From assembly GCA_963811105.1 (NCBI GenBank), contig CAWEPZ010000008.1, forward strand, positions 1 to 64,000: a stretch of DNA of 64,000 nucleotides. The letters run 5' to 3'. A model generated the notes under the pieces. The model saw only the letters and a program-made list of their open reading frames with translations, ran no database searches and had not been told where the DNA came from. This stretch comes from Candidatus Bathyarchaeota archaeon. Its GTDB lineage: Archaea; Thermoproteota; Bathyarchaeia; Bathyarchaeales; Bathycorpusculaceae. Positions 41,611-51,689 of this stretch are shown in pieces. The translations under genes and the position numbers were made by a program. Within the stretch, counting starts at the first letter, position 1. Every line of letters starts with the position of its first letter.

Positions 41611-42955
41611 TTAATAATATTTTTTTGCCATTTTCTTTGCTTCAATAGCTTCTGGTGAATTGTCGTCCAATGTGTCTGGGGTCTTTTGCTGTTCTTCTAG
41701 ATTTTCTTTGGAGGTGTTTATTTTGTTTTTCGCGTTCTCTTTCTTTGTTTTCTTAAGTGCATTGGCAATATATTTGTTTAATTCAATATTTTTTATTATT
41801 TTATCGGATAGGGTTTCGGGTGCGTAAGCTAACGGCAGAATTGCTATAAACAAGAAGATAGCTGCAAAGGAAAAAACCGATTTTTCGCCTCCCATGACTG
41901 CAGCTATGTCTGTGCCAACAATAATACGCGTAATGTTTGAGAGAAGGTATGGCAATATGCCTAGGACATAATATTTTTCGCTGCTTTTTTCCTGTGCTAT
42001 GTCTCCCCAAATTGTAAATATGAATAGCATGGAAAATACGCCCCAGGCAATACCATCCACGCATACGTAAAACCAAGCGGTAAGGTAGCCGCCGAAAGTC
42101 AAGCTTGCATAGCCTAATCCTAATAGGGCAAATGCTATCAAAGCTAAGCGTTTTCGACCACTCTTGTCAGCTAGAACTCCACAAACTATAGCAGATACTC
42201 CTGCCAAAATATTTTCGATAAGTATAAAATTTTGACCAAAAAATACAGGGAATTGGTTACTACCAAAGTAATTAGAGTTCATTTTTTGTGTTAAGTCGTT
42301 GATAAGAGAGAACATGAACCATGGCACAATGTACAGCAGAAAAGTCTTATTTGAAATAATTGAACGGTAAGATACGCGGTCTTTTGGGGCCAATTCTTTT
42401 TCAGGAAGCTTCAAACGTGTGAGTAAAATTAATCCTATAATCAGCCAAATTGATAAAGTGCTGGCTGTAATTAGAGTTTGAGCGGTTCCTACTGATGGAC
42501 AGAATGAAGAAGCCTAAGGCCATTAAAAGAATTATTATACCGCTAAACTTAGCGCGATTTTGTGGCTCGGTGTTTGCGGTATAGTATCCTATGCACACGG
42601 GCATTCCAAGCCCGAAATAGACACCTAAAACACTTGCAAGTATCAAGAGTATTGTGAAGCCTGCCAAATTGATAAATGCAAATAATAATGAAAGCAAAAC
42701 ACCTGCAAGCACCCAATACTTAAGGAAAACTAGGCGTTGCTTGAATCTGCCAAATGATGTTGAGATTACTGCTGATAAAACCAAAGCGAAGAAATTAACG
42801 GCAACTACGGACAGTAGATCTTCTGGACGGGCGGCATCTTTTAGAAAAGTATATGTGGTAAGATACCACACAAAGACGTTCGCTACTAAAAAAGTACTGA
42901 CTAACGTGTTCTTTGATGTTGATTGAAGCTTCTTAATGATCCCGTGGTTTAGCAT
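41611..42955 (-). CDS. MFS transporter (single frameshift near 42493)
   Basis: Joined about 447 aa, about 12 TMs, motif A GVLADKSGRKR, and TEPQNRAKFSG. Confidence 0.8.
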
Positions 42956-43087
42956 CTCTATCGTATTGAGCTACCTATTCTTAGTTAACCATTAAGGCTT
43001 AATAAACTATAAACAGTCCTTTGAATCCACATTTATAATCCACAACAAAACATTTCACTAACCAAAAAATATAAACACATTTCAAGG

Positions 43088-44108
43088 TCACATTTCAGCA
43101 CTTAAAGCCTCAAGCAAAATCGTCAACTCTTTCGCTCTCTTACTGTCTTTGAGCAGCAAATTGCTTGCCAATTCATTTTCACCAAGTTTCCGTAATTCAG
43201 CTTTTAGTTTTTGAACTTCAATGGAGTTTAATGTAGTTTTAGCGATGAATTTTAGATTTTTAGATGAAATCCTGTTTTCTTTGACAAATGGGAGAAATTG
43301 TTCTTTTATTTTCGGGTTTTGTAGTGCATAAAGCATGGGGTATGGGGGTAGTTCATTTTTGATTCTGTGTGCAAGTTCAGAGGGGGTCACAAGGTCAACA
43401 AATTCTTCCTTCAACGTTGACAATATCCCAATTAATCGACCATAATTAGTCAAATCCTCAATCATCTTCTCGTCTGCACCAGCAAAAACCCCGCCAATTC
43501 TGCAGTGAAGCCCAGCTATAACCCCTTTTAGCCTAATTACCTTAAAATATTCCTCGGGTGTTACATCTGCTTTCTTCCATAATTCTACTTCCACAGATTC
43601 TGCCTTGATTATTTCAGTCATTGATTTTAGAACAAAAGCTGTGACTACCTTTTTCTGATCATTTGTTAAGGATTCGCAGTTTTGTAGTGCTACAGTGCCT
43701 TCGAAGTAGTAAGGTGTCGCCTGCGAGAAGAGCAACATCTCTACCATATTTACCGAAAATGGTTTTTGTTTCGAATTTCTCAATCGAATTGTCAATGATG
43801 TCATCGTGGATGTCTCCTGCTGCGGTCATCAGCATCATGGCAGTGGCCAAAGGTTTTGTTTTTTCAGGGTTTCCTCCTCCGGCTTTGCAGGAGAGATACA
43901 AAAGGGCTGGGAAAATCGGCAATACATTTGGCAAAATTTCTGTAGCATAATAATTTAGTGCATTGGAGATTGTTCCCTTGGCTTCTTGACCCTCACGAAT
44001 CTTTTTGGAAGCTGCATCTAACACAGATTTGCCTCTGTGGTTAATAATTTCCAGAGCTTTTTCTGTTAGCGAGTAGGGTTTCATATCTTTACCGTGTCGG
44101 GTTTGCAT
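43088..44108 (-). CDS. ComQ-like class I isoprenoid-synthase-fold prenyltransferase (single frameshift near 43706)
   Basis: FARM AAGDIHDDIID, ALLAGD, EYFKVIRLKG and degenerate SARM LKEEFVD; the RRG loop after FARM is absent. Confidence 0.8.
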
Positions 44109-44172
44109 TTCTAATTAATAATTGATTTTTCAAAAAAGTAAATTGAAATTTGTGTATCGTTTTTGTCGACAT

Positions 44173-44229
44173 TTACCAGCCGCCCCAATTCGCTGGTGTG
44201 GCTCTTGTTATAGCTTTTTTCTGGTTCAT
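44173..44229 (-). CDS. Putative 18-aa precursor peptide MNQKKAITRATPANWGGW
   Basis: ATG 5 nt after GAGGTGA (44241-44235); TAA stop; co-oriented and directly upstream of the prenyltransferase; two C-terminal Trp. Confidence 0.7.
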   Translation of the reverse strand: MNQKKAITRATPANWGGW

Positions 44230-44234
44230 TAATT

Positions 44235-44322
44235 TCACCTCTATTTTGATGACGGTTTTGATAGGTTTTGTTTTCAATCCTCTGCGTCATTAGAAATAAT
44301 ATCGTGTCTCGTAATATATAAG
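44235..44322 (-). promoter_or_regulatory. Putative TATA box (CTTATATA near 44322-44315) and Shine-Dalgarno GAGGTGA for the peptide gene
   Basis: Minus strand reads ...atgCTTATATAttacgag... about 85 nt upstream of the ATG, and aaataGAGGTGAaattaATG. Confidence 0.5.
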
Positions 44323-44570
44323 CATAGGAGTAAAGAGACCAGGGTAGGAGCTGTATAAAACAAAACAACAATCTAACAATACAACAGTACAACAAGAATA
44401 CACTTTAACACATAATAAACCAGTTGATAGAAGCACAACAAATCCTGTGCAAACAACATAAAAAAAATTACTCCCCCTTAGAAGCTAATTTATTTTTCAT
44501 CAGTTGTTTGCCTTACACAGAGAAAATATGTTTTTTGAAATTGTTCCGCGTGACAAACCCGAGGTATCAA

Positions 44571-44717
44571 CCACTCTTCACAACAAAGGCAAAAGGATAA
44601 GGTTTCGGCTTTGCCGTATATAAACTATTAATAGAAGCACAGAATAGCACAATAACTTTTGAAAGCGAAGAAAACAATGGAACCAAATTCACTATAACTC
44701 TGCCAATCGCAAAATAA
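44571..44717 (+). pseudogene. Histidine kinase HATPase C-terminal remnant
   Basis: PLFTTKAKG*GFGFAVYKLLIEAQNSTITFESEENNGTKFTITLP aligns with the end of the intact kinase at 14079 (PLFTTKPRGQGFGLAVCKRVIEAH...). Confidence 0.8.
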
Positions 44718-44870
44718 CCAATCTTCTTAACATAAATGCATCTGAAAGACAAGGCAAGCCCACCATTGCCTTGCGAAAAAAGAATATAGGACAAAGCACT
44801 GTTTCTCTTGTTAAAAAGACTCTGGTGAAACAATACGGTCTCATCTAACGCTGAAGAAAACAACAACGAA

Positions 44871-45977
44871 ATGGTTGTTACACCTTGGGAAGTAAAAGGC
44901 AAAGTAGACTACGAACGCTTAATCCGTGAATTCGGCACCCAACCCTTAACTCCCCAACTGCTTGAAAGAGTAGAAAAACATACTGACAAACTCCACCTAC
45001 AACTTGAAAGACGCATTTTCTTCAGCCACCGAGACCTCGACACCGTCCTAGACCTCTACGACAAAGGCATAAAATTCGTCCTCTACACAGGCAGAGGACC
45101 ATCAGGGCCAGTTCACATCGGACACCTCGTCCCATGGATATTCACACTTCACATCCAACAAAAATTCAACACAAGACTCTATTTTCAAATAACCGATGAT
45201 GAAAAATACCTCATAAGCGATGACGCAGACCTCAAAAAAACAAGCAAATACTCCTACGAAAACGCTTTAGACCTAATAGCGCTCGGATTCAAGCCAGAGA
45301 ACACATTCATCATCTACGACACCAAAGACATCGACTTACTATACGAAATCACGTTGGAAGTAGCTAAGCGCATAACTTACAGCACAGCACGAAGCAGCTT
45401 TGGTTTCCAAGACAGCACCAACATAGGTTGGGTCTTCTGGCCAGCAATCCAAGCCGCACCATGCTTCATTCACAAAAAACTCACAGGCGAAAACGTCCCA
45501 GCGCTCATCCCAGCAGCCATCGACCAAGACCCCTATTGGCGAGTAACCCGCGACATAGCTCAAAAACTCGGCTACTATAAACCAGCACAAATCCACTGCC
45601 GCTTCCTACCTGGTTTAGGAGCAGGCGGAAAAATGAGTGCATCAATGCCTGAAACCAGCATATTCACTGTTGACCCTCCAGATGTGGTTAAAAAGAAGAT
45701 TTGGAACGCATTCACAGGCGGCAAAGGCACAGCAGCTGAGCAACGAAAAACAGGCGCAGACCCAACAGTCTGCAGCATCTTCCAATACTATTTCTTCCTC
45801 GTTGAAGAAGAAAGCAGCAAATTAGCTGAACGCGAACGCAGGTGCCGAGGAGGCGAAATTCTATGCGGCGAATGCAAAAAAGATCTAGCAGAAAAACTCA
45901 ACAAATTTCTGCAAGGGCATCAGGAACGTCGCGAAAAAGCCAAAGATGTAATCGAACAATACCATATAAAACGTTAA
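44871..45977 (+). CDS. trpS: Tryptophan--tRNA ligase
   Basis: VTPWEV, YTGRGPSG..HIGH, DDEKY, IDQDPYW, KMSAS. Confidence 0.97.
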   Translation: MVVTPWEVKGKVDYERLIREFGTQPLTPQLLERVEKHTDKLHLQLERRIFFSHRDLDTVLDLYDKGIKFVLYTGRGPSGPVHIGHLVPWIFTLHIQQKFNTRLYFQITDDEKYLISDDADLKKTSKYSYENALDLIALGFKPENTFIIYDTKDIDLLYEITLEVAKRITYSTARSSFGFQDSTNIGWVFWPAIQAAPCFIHKKLTGENVPALIPAAIDQDPYWRVTRDIAQKLGYYKPAQIHCRFLPGLGAGGKMSASMPETSIFTVDPPDVVKKKIWNAFTGGKGTAAEQRKTGADPTVCSIFQYYFFLVEEESSKLAERERRCRGGEILCGECKKDLAEKLNKFLQGHQERREKAKDVIEQYHIKR

Positions 45978-45999
45978 AGAATTCAATAAAACGTTAAAG
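45966..45999 (+). repeat. 14-bp direct repeat ATAAAACGTTAAAG spanning the trpS stop
   Basis: Exact copies at 45966-45979 and 45986-45999. Confidence 0.85.
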
Positions 46000-46007
46000 T
46001 CTCAGCT

Positions 46008-46196
46008 CTATTTTCTTTTCCGAAATAGTTTTCTTCCATCCATCTCGGTAACATATTCAAAGCCTACTTCTACCAACTTTACAGCTTGATCGACCGTTGC
46101 AGCCAACTTGACTTCATATTGATCATTAAATTCAAGGATCGCAGCCTCAAGATTGGCGTGCAATTGCGTATTCAAAACGCTCTTGTGACCTGCGTG
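46008..46196 (-). pseudogene. Tyrosine integrase C-terminal remnant
   Basis: GHKSVLNTQLHANLE...YEVKLAATVDQAVKLVEVGFEYVTEMDGRKLFRKRK*. This is the GH...T..Y motif with His at the catalytic Tyr position. Confidence 0.8.
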
Positions 46197-46276
46197 TTAT
46201 AGTATAGTATCAGTCACAAGAGTTTTTAAACAAAACAAATCATAACAAGCAAGTAAGCTATAAGGAGAATAAGAAA

Positions 46277-47063
46277 ATGCGTAAAAAATCAAGTATTTTT
46301 ATTTCGAGCTTGTTTATTGCAATGCTATTACTTTCAACGTCAGCTCTTGCTATTTTCAAGCGTTCAAGCACAAGGCAACGCTACAGTCACAGTTACAGAC
46401 GTAACCGGGGGCACAACCGATAATCCAGGAACTAGCACCTATGCCGATGGAACCTCTTTTACAATAACCGCCACACCAAATGGCCAATATGCCTTTGTAG
46501 ATTGGATAGTATCGACTGATTCAGGCTCAACCAACTATTTTGACAACCCATTAACAATAACGTTAACTGGCGGAACGACCTACACAATGCAACCAGAATT
46601 TCAGATAATAATTGCCCCTCCAGGCGGCAATCTTCCAGCTCAGAATAACAATGCCGCTATCGTAGTTGTTTTAGCATCAGCAGGAGGAACAACCACCCCA
46701 GCGCCAGGTGCATACGCAATAGCTGACGCAACAAATATGAAGTTAACGGCAACAGCAAACAGCGGCTGGCAATTCTCACAATGGACAATCTCCGGTGCAC
46801 CGACAACACATGGAGGCTACCCCACTGACTACACTCCAACAGACAACCCCTACACAGTTGGCCACGGCTACGGATACACATACTACTATCAACCAGTATT
46901 CACTCCAGTTGGAAGCCCAGGTTCATCGGCGTCACCTTCATCTTCACCTGCAGGCATGATTGGCGGATTATCAACTGAAACATGGATCATCATCGCATTA
47001 GTCATCGTACTCATTGTAATGGCAATTGGCTTTGCAGCATATACGATGAGAAGTAGAAAATAG
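46277..47063 (+). CDS. Secreted InlB B-repeat-like surface protein with C-terminal TM (frameshift near 46355)
   Basis: Signal peptide MRKKSSIFISSLFIAMLLLS lies in another frame; repeats GGTT.P.G...ITATP...F..W; C-terminal TM. Confidence 0.75.
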
Positions 47064-47322
47064 GTTTCCTCTTTTTTTTCTTTTTAATAATCACCAATAA
47101 CATTCTTTTTTAAACTTTTACATTCAGAAACAGAGTCATTACTAACCAGCAATTTGAAACAATGTTTGGCTAAGATGGATTGTCTGTTTGTTGTTTGTGG
47201 TATGCACGTATGTCCTAATGCTAGCAGCACCTAACGAACCTATCCAACAATCCAGAAAATGAATCGATAGAAGAGTGATGGCTCCTCCAATTACTGGCGA
47301 GCCATGATTAAGGGCTTCTTAA

Positions 47323-47505
47323 TTTATTGTTAATTTAACTAGGCCTTGTGATGTTTGCGGAAGGATGACCGGCGGAGCTGCTAAGTTCTGCCCAAACTCT
47401 CAAATTTACTTCTGCTTCCTATGCTCATATCAATTAATGTCGGTAAAGGGAAAATTGACTTTGGAGTGCCCTATTCGCGGTGGAGAACTGGCTTTTCCAG
47501 AGTAA
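47323..47505 (+). pseudogene. Decayed Cys-rich zinc-finger protein
   Basis: RPCDVCG...FCPNS..YFCFLC...ECPIRGG. No start codon; two expected Cys are replaced. Confidence 0.45.
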
Positions 47506-47701
47506 AAACAAAAAGAAAAAGGAGGATTCCTCTTCTATCCTGGCGAAAACCTGCTTCTCTTATGGGAAGGATTTTTCTTGGCGATTGAGGATATGTTAAA
47601 GTCCGCTGAACTGTACATATATTTTTTAAAAAAATAAACGGTTGTGTGTGGCTATTACAGCAACAAAAAAAGAAAAGGTTTTTGTGGTTTTTTGTTTACG
47701 T

Positions 47702-47866
47702 CTATTTTTTCCTAAGCAACATTAAACCGACGATGACGATCGCGATAATAATGGCGATTACTCCACCAACAATGTAAATCATTAGATCTGTTGCAGTTGC
47801 GGCATTCAGAGGTTGAGCGGCTGATGTTGTGGTTGGTGAAATTTGCGGGTTTACGACGTTTGCGTG
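47702..47866 (-). pseudogene. Orphan C-terminal anchor of a PQQ beta-propeller gene
   Basis: HANVVNPQISPTTTSAAQPLNAATATDLMIYIVGGVIAIIIAIVIVGLMLLRKK* matches the C-termini of the 9599 and 54061 genes; the 3' flank also resembles that of 56664. Confidence 0.85.
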
Positions 47867-47970
47867 GGGGCGGTGGTCCTACATGGGACCAACTTTACCC
47901 TAACACAAATCCCAACTGGAACGCTCAAGAAAGCTTCACACCATACGTTCAAGGACCAAGCAGCCCTTGG
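47867..47970 (+). pseudogene. Internal fragment of another PQQ beta-propeller paralog, opposite orientation
   Basis: GGGPTWDQLYPNTNPNWNAQESFTPYVQGPSS corresponds to GGGANW...TN.Y..NY.F.PYVQAP.SAH in the paralogs. Confidence 0.7.
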
Positions 47971-48033
47971 GGGATACAAAGTTCTTGAAAAATTTATAAG
48001 TTTATTTGATTAAATATATAACGAAGCGGTTAA

Positions 48034-48504
48034 TTGACAGAGACAATACCAGAATTTTGCCCAAATTGTGGCAAAAAGACATCTGCAAACACGGTTTTTT
48101 GTTCTTTCTGCGGAAAGACATTAACTTTAGAACGAAATTCTGCCGATACAAATATCCAGAGTTCGGAAATCGATATTTTTTCATTTGGACCGTCAGGAGT
48201 AATGATTTGCTTGGCAAGACCTAGCGCCTTTGCGAAAGCAAGAGTCAATATCAAAGTTTTCTTGACAAACAAGCGAATCTATGGTCTAAACAAATTTATT
48301 CGGACGAAGCTATACTTGGAATTACCTATAGAATCAATTCTTTCTTTAGAGGCATGCAGTTATTCCCGTTTTAAGGGAGTGCTTATTCACCATAAACTCG
48401 GCTCAGAAATAAAGGAGATAGCGATAATGGGTGACAAGAATAACTATGGAAATGTCGGTCACTTAGTAGAATTGCTTACAAAAATGACTGCCACTAAAAC
48501 GTGA
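48034..48504 (+). CDS. Zinc-ribbon protein with possible PH-like C-domain
   Basis: FCPNCGK....TVFCSFCG; VFLTNKRI. Confidence 0.75.
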   Translation: MTETIPEFCPNCGKKTSANTVFCSFCGKTLTLERNSADTNIQSSEIDIFSFGPSGVMICLARPSAFAKARVNIKVFLTNKRIYGLNKFIRTKLYLELPIESILSLEACSYSRFKGVLIHHKLGSEIKEIAIMGDKNNYGNVGHLVELLTKMTATKT

Positions 48505-48581
48505 TTCTTGCTTCTTTTAGGTTGATTATAGAAAGACATATAACTTGACCAAAATAATTGCTGTAAAGAGCTCGTATCACT

Positions 48582-49379
48582 ATGAAGTGTTATGAACACC
48601 CTGACAGGGAAGCTTTAGCAATATGCAAATCTTGTGGGAAGGGCTTATGCAAAGATTGCAATATTGATGTTCAAAGAATTAGTTACTGCAAAGATTGTTT
48701 AAATAATAAACTAACAGTTCAAAGCGATAAGGATGCTCAACTAAATTTATTATTCGGCCCAGAGGCTGAATTGGAAAGAGAATTTAGATCTGGAGCAAAT
48801 GGACTAATCGCACTAGGAATAGTTTCTCTTTTCATAGTTGTTTTTATTACTATTACGGACTTTTACAACATACAAGCCACTGGAGTAACAGCCATAATTT
48901 GGATATGGATAATAGCAACAGCGATCTCAATATTTTCAGCTGCCCTTGGGTATAAAGCATTAAGGACAGCATATAGGAATAACTTAGGCATACCGGCGCG
49001 AATACTTGGCTATTTATCTGCAGTTTTCCTATTTTTGGTGTTATTGTTATGGCTTGTAATTGACCCAACAGTCGTATCCTCGCTTGATGCAATAAATGCC
49101 ATTAATGGCTTGAAAACTTACTTTTATTTGACCTTCACAATTTTTGGCGTTACGCAAATTGTGTGGGGTATCGCTCATCTCTCGAGTAGGCAACAAACTG
49201 GCAAAAGCAGTCTATCAGTTCTAAGCGGAATAGTAATGATAGTATCAGGGTCTATTGTATCTCTATCGATAGTTTTCTTTGATGCGGCGCTAGTACCTGG
49301 ATTAGTTATCTTTGCAGTGTCAGCTTTCTTGTCTTCAGCAGTGTTCATTACTGCAAAAAGACCTAAACTAAACAATTAG
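48582..49379 (+). CDS. B-box-type zinc finger fused to a multi-TM domain
   Basis: MKCYEHPDREALAICKSCGKGLCKDC...YCKDC followed by about 6 TMs. Confidence 0.8.
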   Translation: MKCYEHPDREALAICKSCGKGLCKDCNIDVQRISYCKDCLNNKLTVQSDKDAQLNLLFGPEAELEREFRSGANGLIALGIVSLFIVVFITITDFYNIQATGVTAIIWIWIIATAISIFSAALGYKALRTAYRNNLGIPARILGYLSAVFLFLVLLLWLVIDPTVVSSLDAINAINGLKTYFYLTFTIFGVTQIVWGIAHLSSRQQTGKSSLSVLSGIVMIVSGSIVSLSIVFFDAALVPGLVIFAVSAFLSSAVFITAKRPKLNN

Positions 49380-49414
49380 TCGGACCAAAAACTTTCGTAG
49401 GAGACAGGATAAAT

Positions 49415-50875
49415 TTGAAGGTCTATCAGAAAAAAGTTGGGTTCATTGTTTTATTACTAATTTTTAGTTTTACTACTGAATTGTCTAACACAATAGTAGC
49501 CGCAAATACTGCGGGTACCTTACAAATAAAGTCTAACATTGACGGTGCAAATGTATTCATGGGAAACAATCCAAATGGAACTACGGATTCTTGGGGAAAT
49601 TGCAATATCGGCGATATTTCGGCAGGGCAGTACACGATTAAAATAGCAAAAGTGGGATACAAAGACTGGATCAAACAAATAGCGATCGACCCAGGGAAAA
49701 CAACCATGATTTTTCCCTATCTTGAAAGTGGGACAGGAGCTGAAACAGTCAGACAGGAGATAATACTCTCCGGTTCTGTATCAGGCAGCTTAAAGGTGGT
49801 TTCTATTGAAGGTGTTAACATTTATGTTAATGACGAATTTGGCGGTATCACCGACACATGGGGAAATAGTCAAGTAAATGGCTTGCTTCAAGGCACATAT
49901 TCTCTAAGAATAACTTGTTTAGGATACAAAAACTGGGTTAAAACCATTAATATAGAACCTGGTTTAACAACAACTGTATACGCCGTTCCTGAACCCGGAG
50001 CTGGCGATAGTACAACAAGAGATGAAGTACTTTTTTACAATTCGTCTTATGGTAGCTTGCAGGTAAACTCAGCAAGCGACGTTAAAGTTTTTGTTAGCAA
50101 TGAATACGGCGGTAAAATAGATGTTTGGGGTAGCATTGCAGTCAATGGATTGCTTAATGGCACTTATACAATCAAACTTACCCAAAGTGGATTCAAAGAG
50201 TATGACAAGCAAGTTATAATTACGGCTGGTCAAACGACGCAACTGTATGCTTCCCTTGAACAAGGTACAGGAATTGCGGATACAAGAAATGAAACTTTAA
50301 GTTTTGATTCTCAATTTGGCACCTTAAAAATAAAAGGCGTTGATGGAACGGCTGTTTACATTGATAATGAGTATGGCGGAAGTATTGATTTTGGAGCTTG
50401 CCAGGTCAATGGTTTGATCGCGGGTGACTATAGCCTAAGGCTAACAAAAGAGGGGTACAAGGACTGGTTAATTCCTGTATCTATAATCGCAGGACAAACA
50501 AAACAGATTGAATCAAACCAGCTGGTTAATTATACAGTCACTATTGATCCAAATTCTACCGACAAAACATCAATTCCAACCATAAACCCTAATGATATTT
50601 CTAAGCCATCATCTGCTGAAATAACTCTTCCGTCCAAGTCGAGCGTCTATCTTAACTTCTTAATTGCAGGCGGGGTAATCGCAATAATTGCTGTGTCTGT
50701 AATTTCCATAAGCATAATCATTTCAAGAAGAGGAAGAAACGTTAAAAAAAAGAGTATTCAAACAGAATCCATCATAAATATACCGCAGGAGCCAGTGGCA
50801 AAATATTGTATAAATTGTGGGTCGATGGTCTCTCACAAGGAAGAGTTCTGCAAAAACTGCGGAAAAAAAGTGTAA
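49415..50875 (+). CDS. PEGA-repeat surface protein with TM and C-terminal zinc ribbon
   Basis: Four GxLxVxS..GA.V.......G.Y.I.I.K.GYK.W repeats, a TM helix, and YCINCG...FCKNCG. Confidence 0.85.
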   Translation: MKVYQKKVGFIVLLLIFSFTTELSNTIVAANTAGTLQIKSNIDGANVFMGNNPNGTTDSWGNCNIGDISAGQYTIKIAKVGYKDWIKQIAIDPGKTTMIFPYLESGTGAETVRQEIILSGSVSGSLKVVSIEGVNIYVNDEFGGITDTWGNSQVNGLLQGTYSLRITCLGYKNWVKTINIEPGLTTTVYAVPEPGAGDSTTRDEVLFYNSSYGSLQVNSASDVKVFVSNEYGGKIDVWGSIAVNGLLNGTYTIKLTQSGFKEYDKQVIITAGQTTQLYASLEQGTGIADTRNETLSFDSQFGTLKIKGVDGTAVYIDNEYGGSIDFGACQVNGLIAGDYSLRLTKEGYKDWLIPVSIIAGQTKQIESNQLVNYTVTIDPNSTDKTSIPTINPNDISKPSSAEITLPSKSSVYLNFLIAGGVIAIIAVSVISISIIISRRGRNVKKKSIQTESIINIPQEPVAKYCINCGSMVSHKEEFCKNCGKKV

Positions 50876-50906
50876 AGTCAAGCATGGTTATCATTGGCAC
50901 GCACGT

Positions 50907-51194
50907 TTATAGTCCCAGATTTTTGGTATATTGAAGTTAGACCGTTATTCTGTTTCTGTTTAGGCTGTCTCTTATGCCGTCATTAGTCTTGGTATCAACT
51001 CTTCTTTTGCTTGCGTGACCAAAGCGGGTGACTTTCCAATTCTTCATATGTCCTCTGACAATTAGCGGATTTCTCATTAGTTTGTAGAAGGGCATTTTTA
51101 TTTGAGAAGAATAAAGTTATGCTATGAAATTTAGTAATCGTTTGCCTACACTTATTCCTTGATAGTCTGGTATAACGACTGAGCGGCTAAGAAA
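50907..51194 (-). pseudogene. GNAT acetyltransferase C-terminal remnant
   Basis: LSRSVVIPDYQGISVGKRLLNFIA*LYSSQIKMPFY...WKVTRFGH; acetyl-CoA motif A with internal stops. Confidence 0.7.
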
Positions 51195-51639
51195 TAAGCT
51201 TTGAAATGCCATGATTCAAGCTCATCACAGCAAAGGACTCAGGAACAAGCTCAACAAAAAGCTCGGTAGCCCGACGACCGAAGATAAGCCCTTACAGCAC
51301 AAATCAGCGTTCTTTGATATCACATCTTGAAGCGGAATAGCACTAGCATACTTATCGATAGTCTCCTGAACCCCTATCAAGGAGCGTATTCTCACTCTCA
51401 GTTAAACAATAAATATCGATTCTGGTCTCCGACTTAGCTGAATCATCCAACTGCAAAGCTAAGTGACCTACTTTCCGGTTCAACGGCCAAGACTTCAAGG
51501 CACAAACACCACCCTCAGCTTTATCCTCCAAAACCGACCCTGCTATTTTGAATTTCAAGAGAACCCGACAGCAGCATTTTAGAGAGTAAGTTGCCCAAGA
51601 TACCACGGAACAAGACAACCTTACCATAATGTAACAATA

Positions 51640-51689
51640 CAGCAAACAAAACTCGGGAAGTCTAAAGATCTTACATTACTGGTGGGATT
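51640..51689 (+). repeat. 50-bp direct repeat, copy 1 (copy 2 at 53690-53739)
   Basis: cagcaaacaaaactcgggaagtctaaagat(c/t)ttacattactg(g/t)tgggatt with 2 mismatches; weaker similarity extends about 40 bp upstream. Confidence 0.9.

Noticed and set aside
44173-44229. Trp attenuation leader peptide for trpS
   Set aside because: The peptide is on the opposite strand and points away from trpS, and the downstream genes are not Trp-related.
44111-44395. 94-aa ORF in the track
   Set aside because: No RBS or recognisable motif. It overlaps the SD-led 18-aa peptide ORF and its promoter in another frame, so it is probably spurious.
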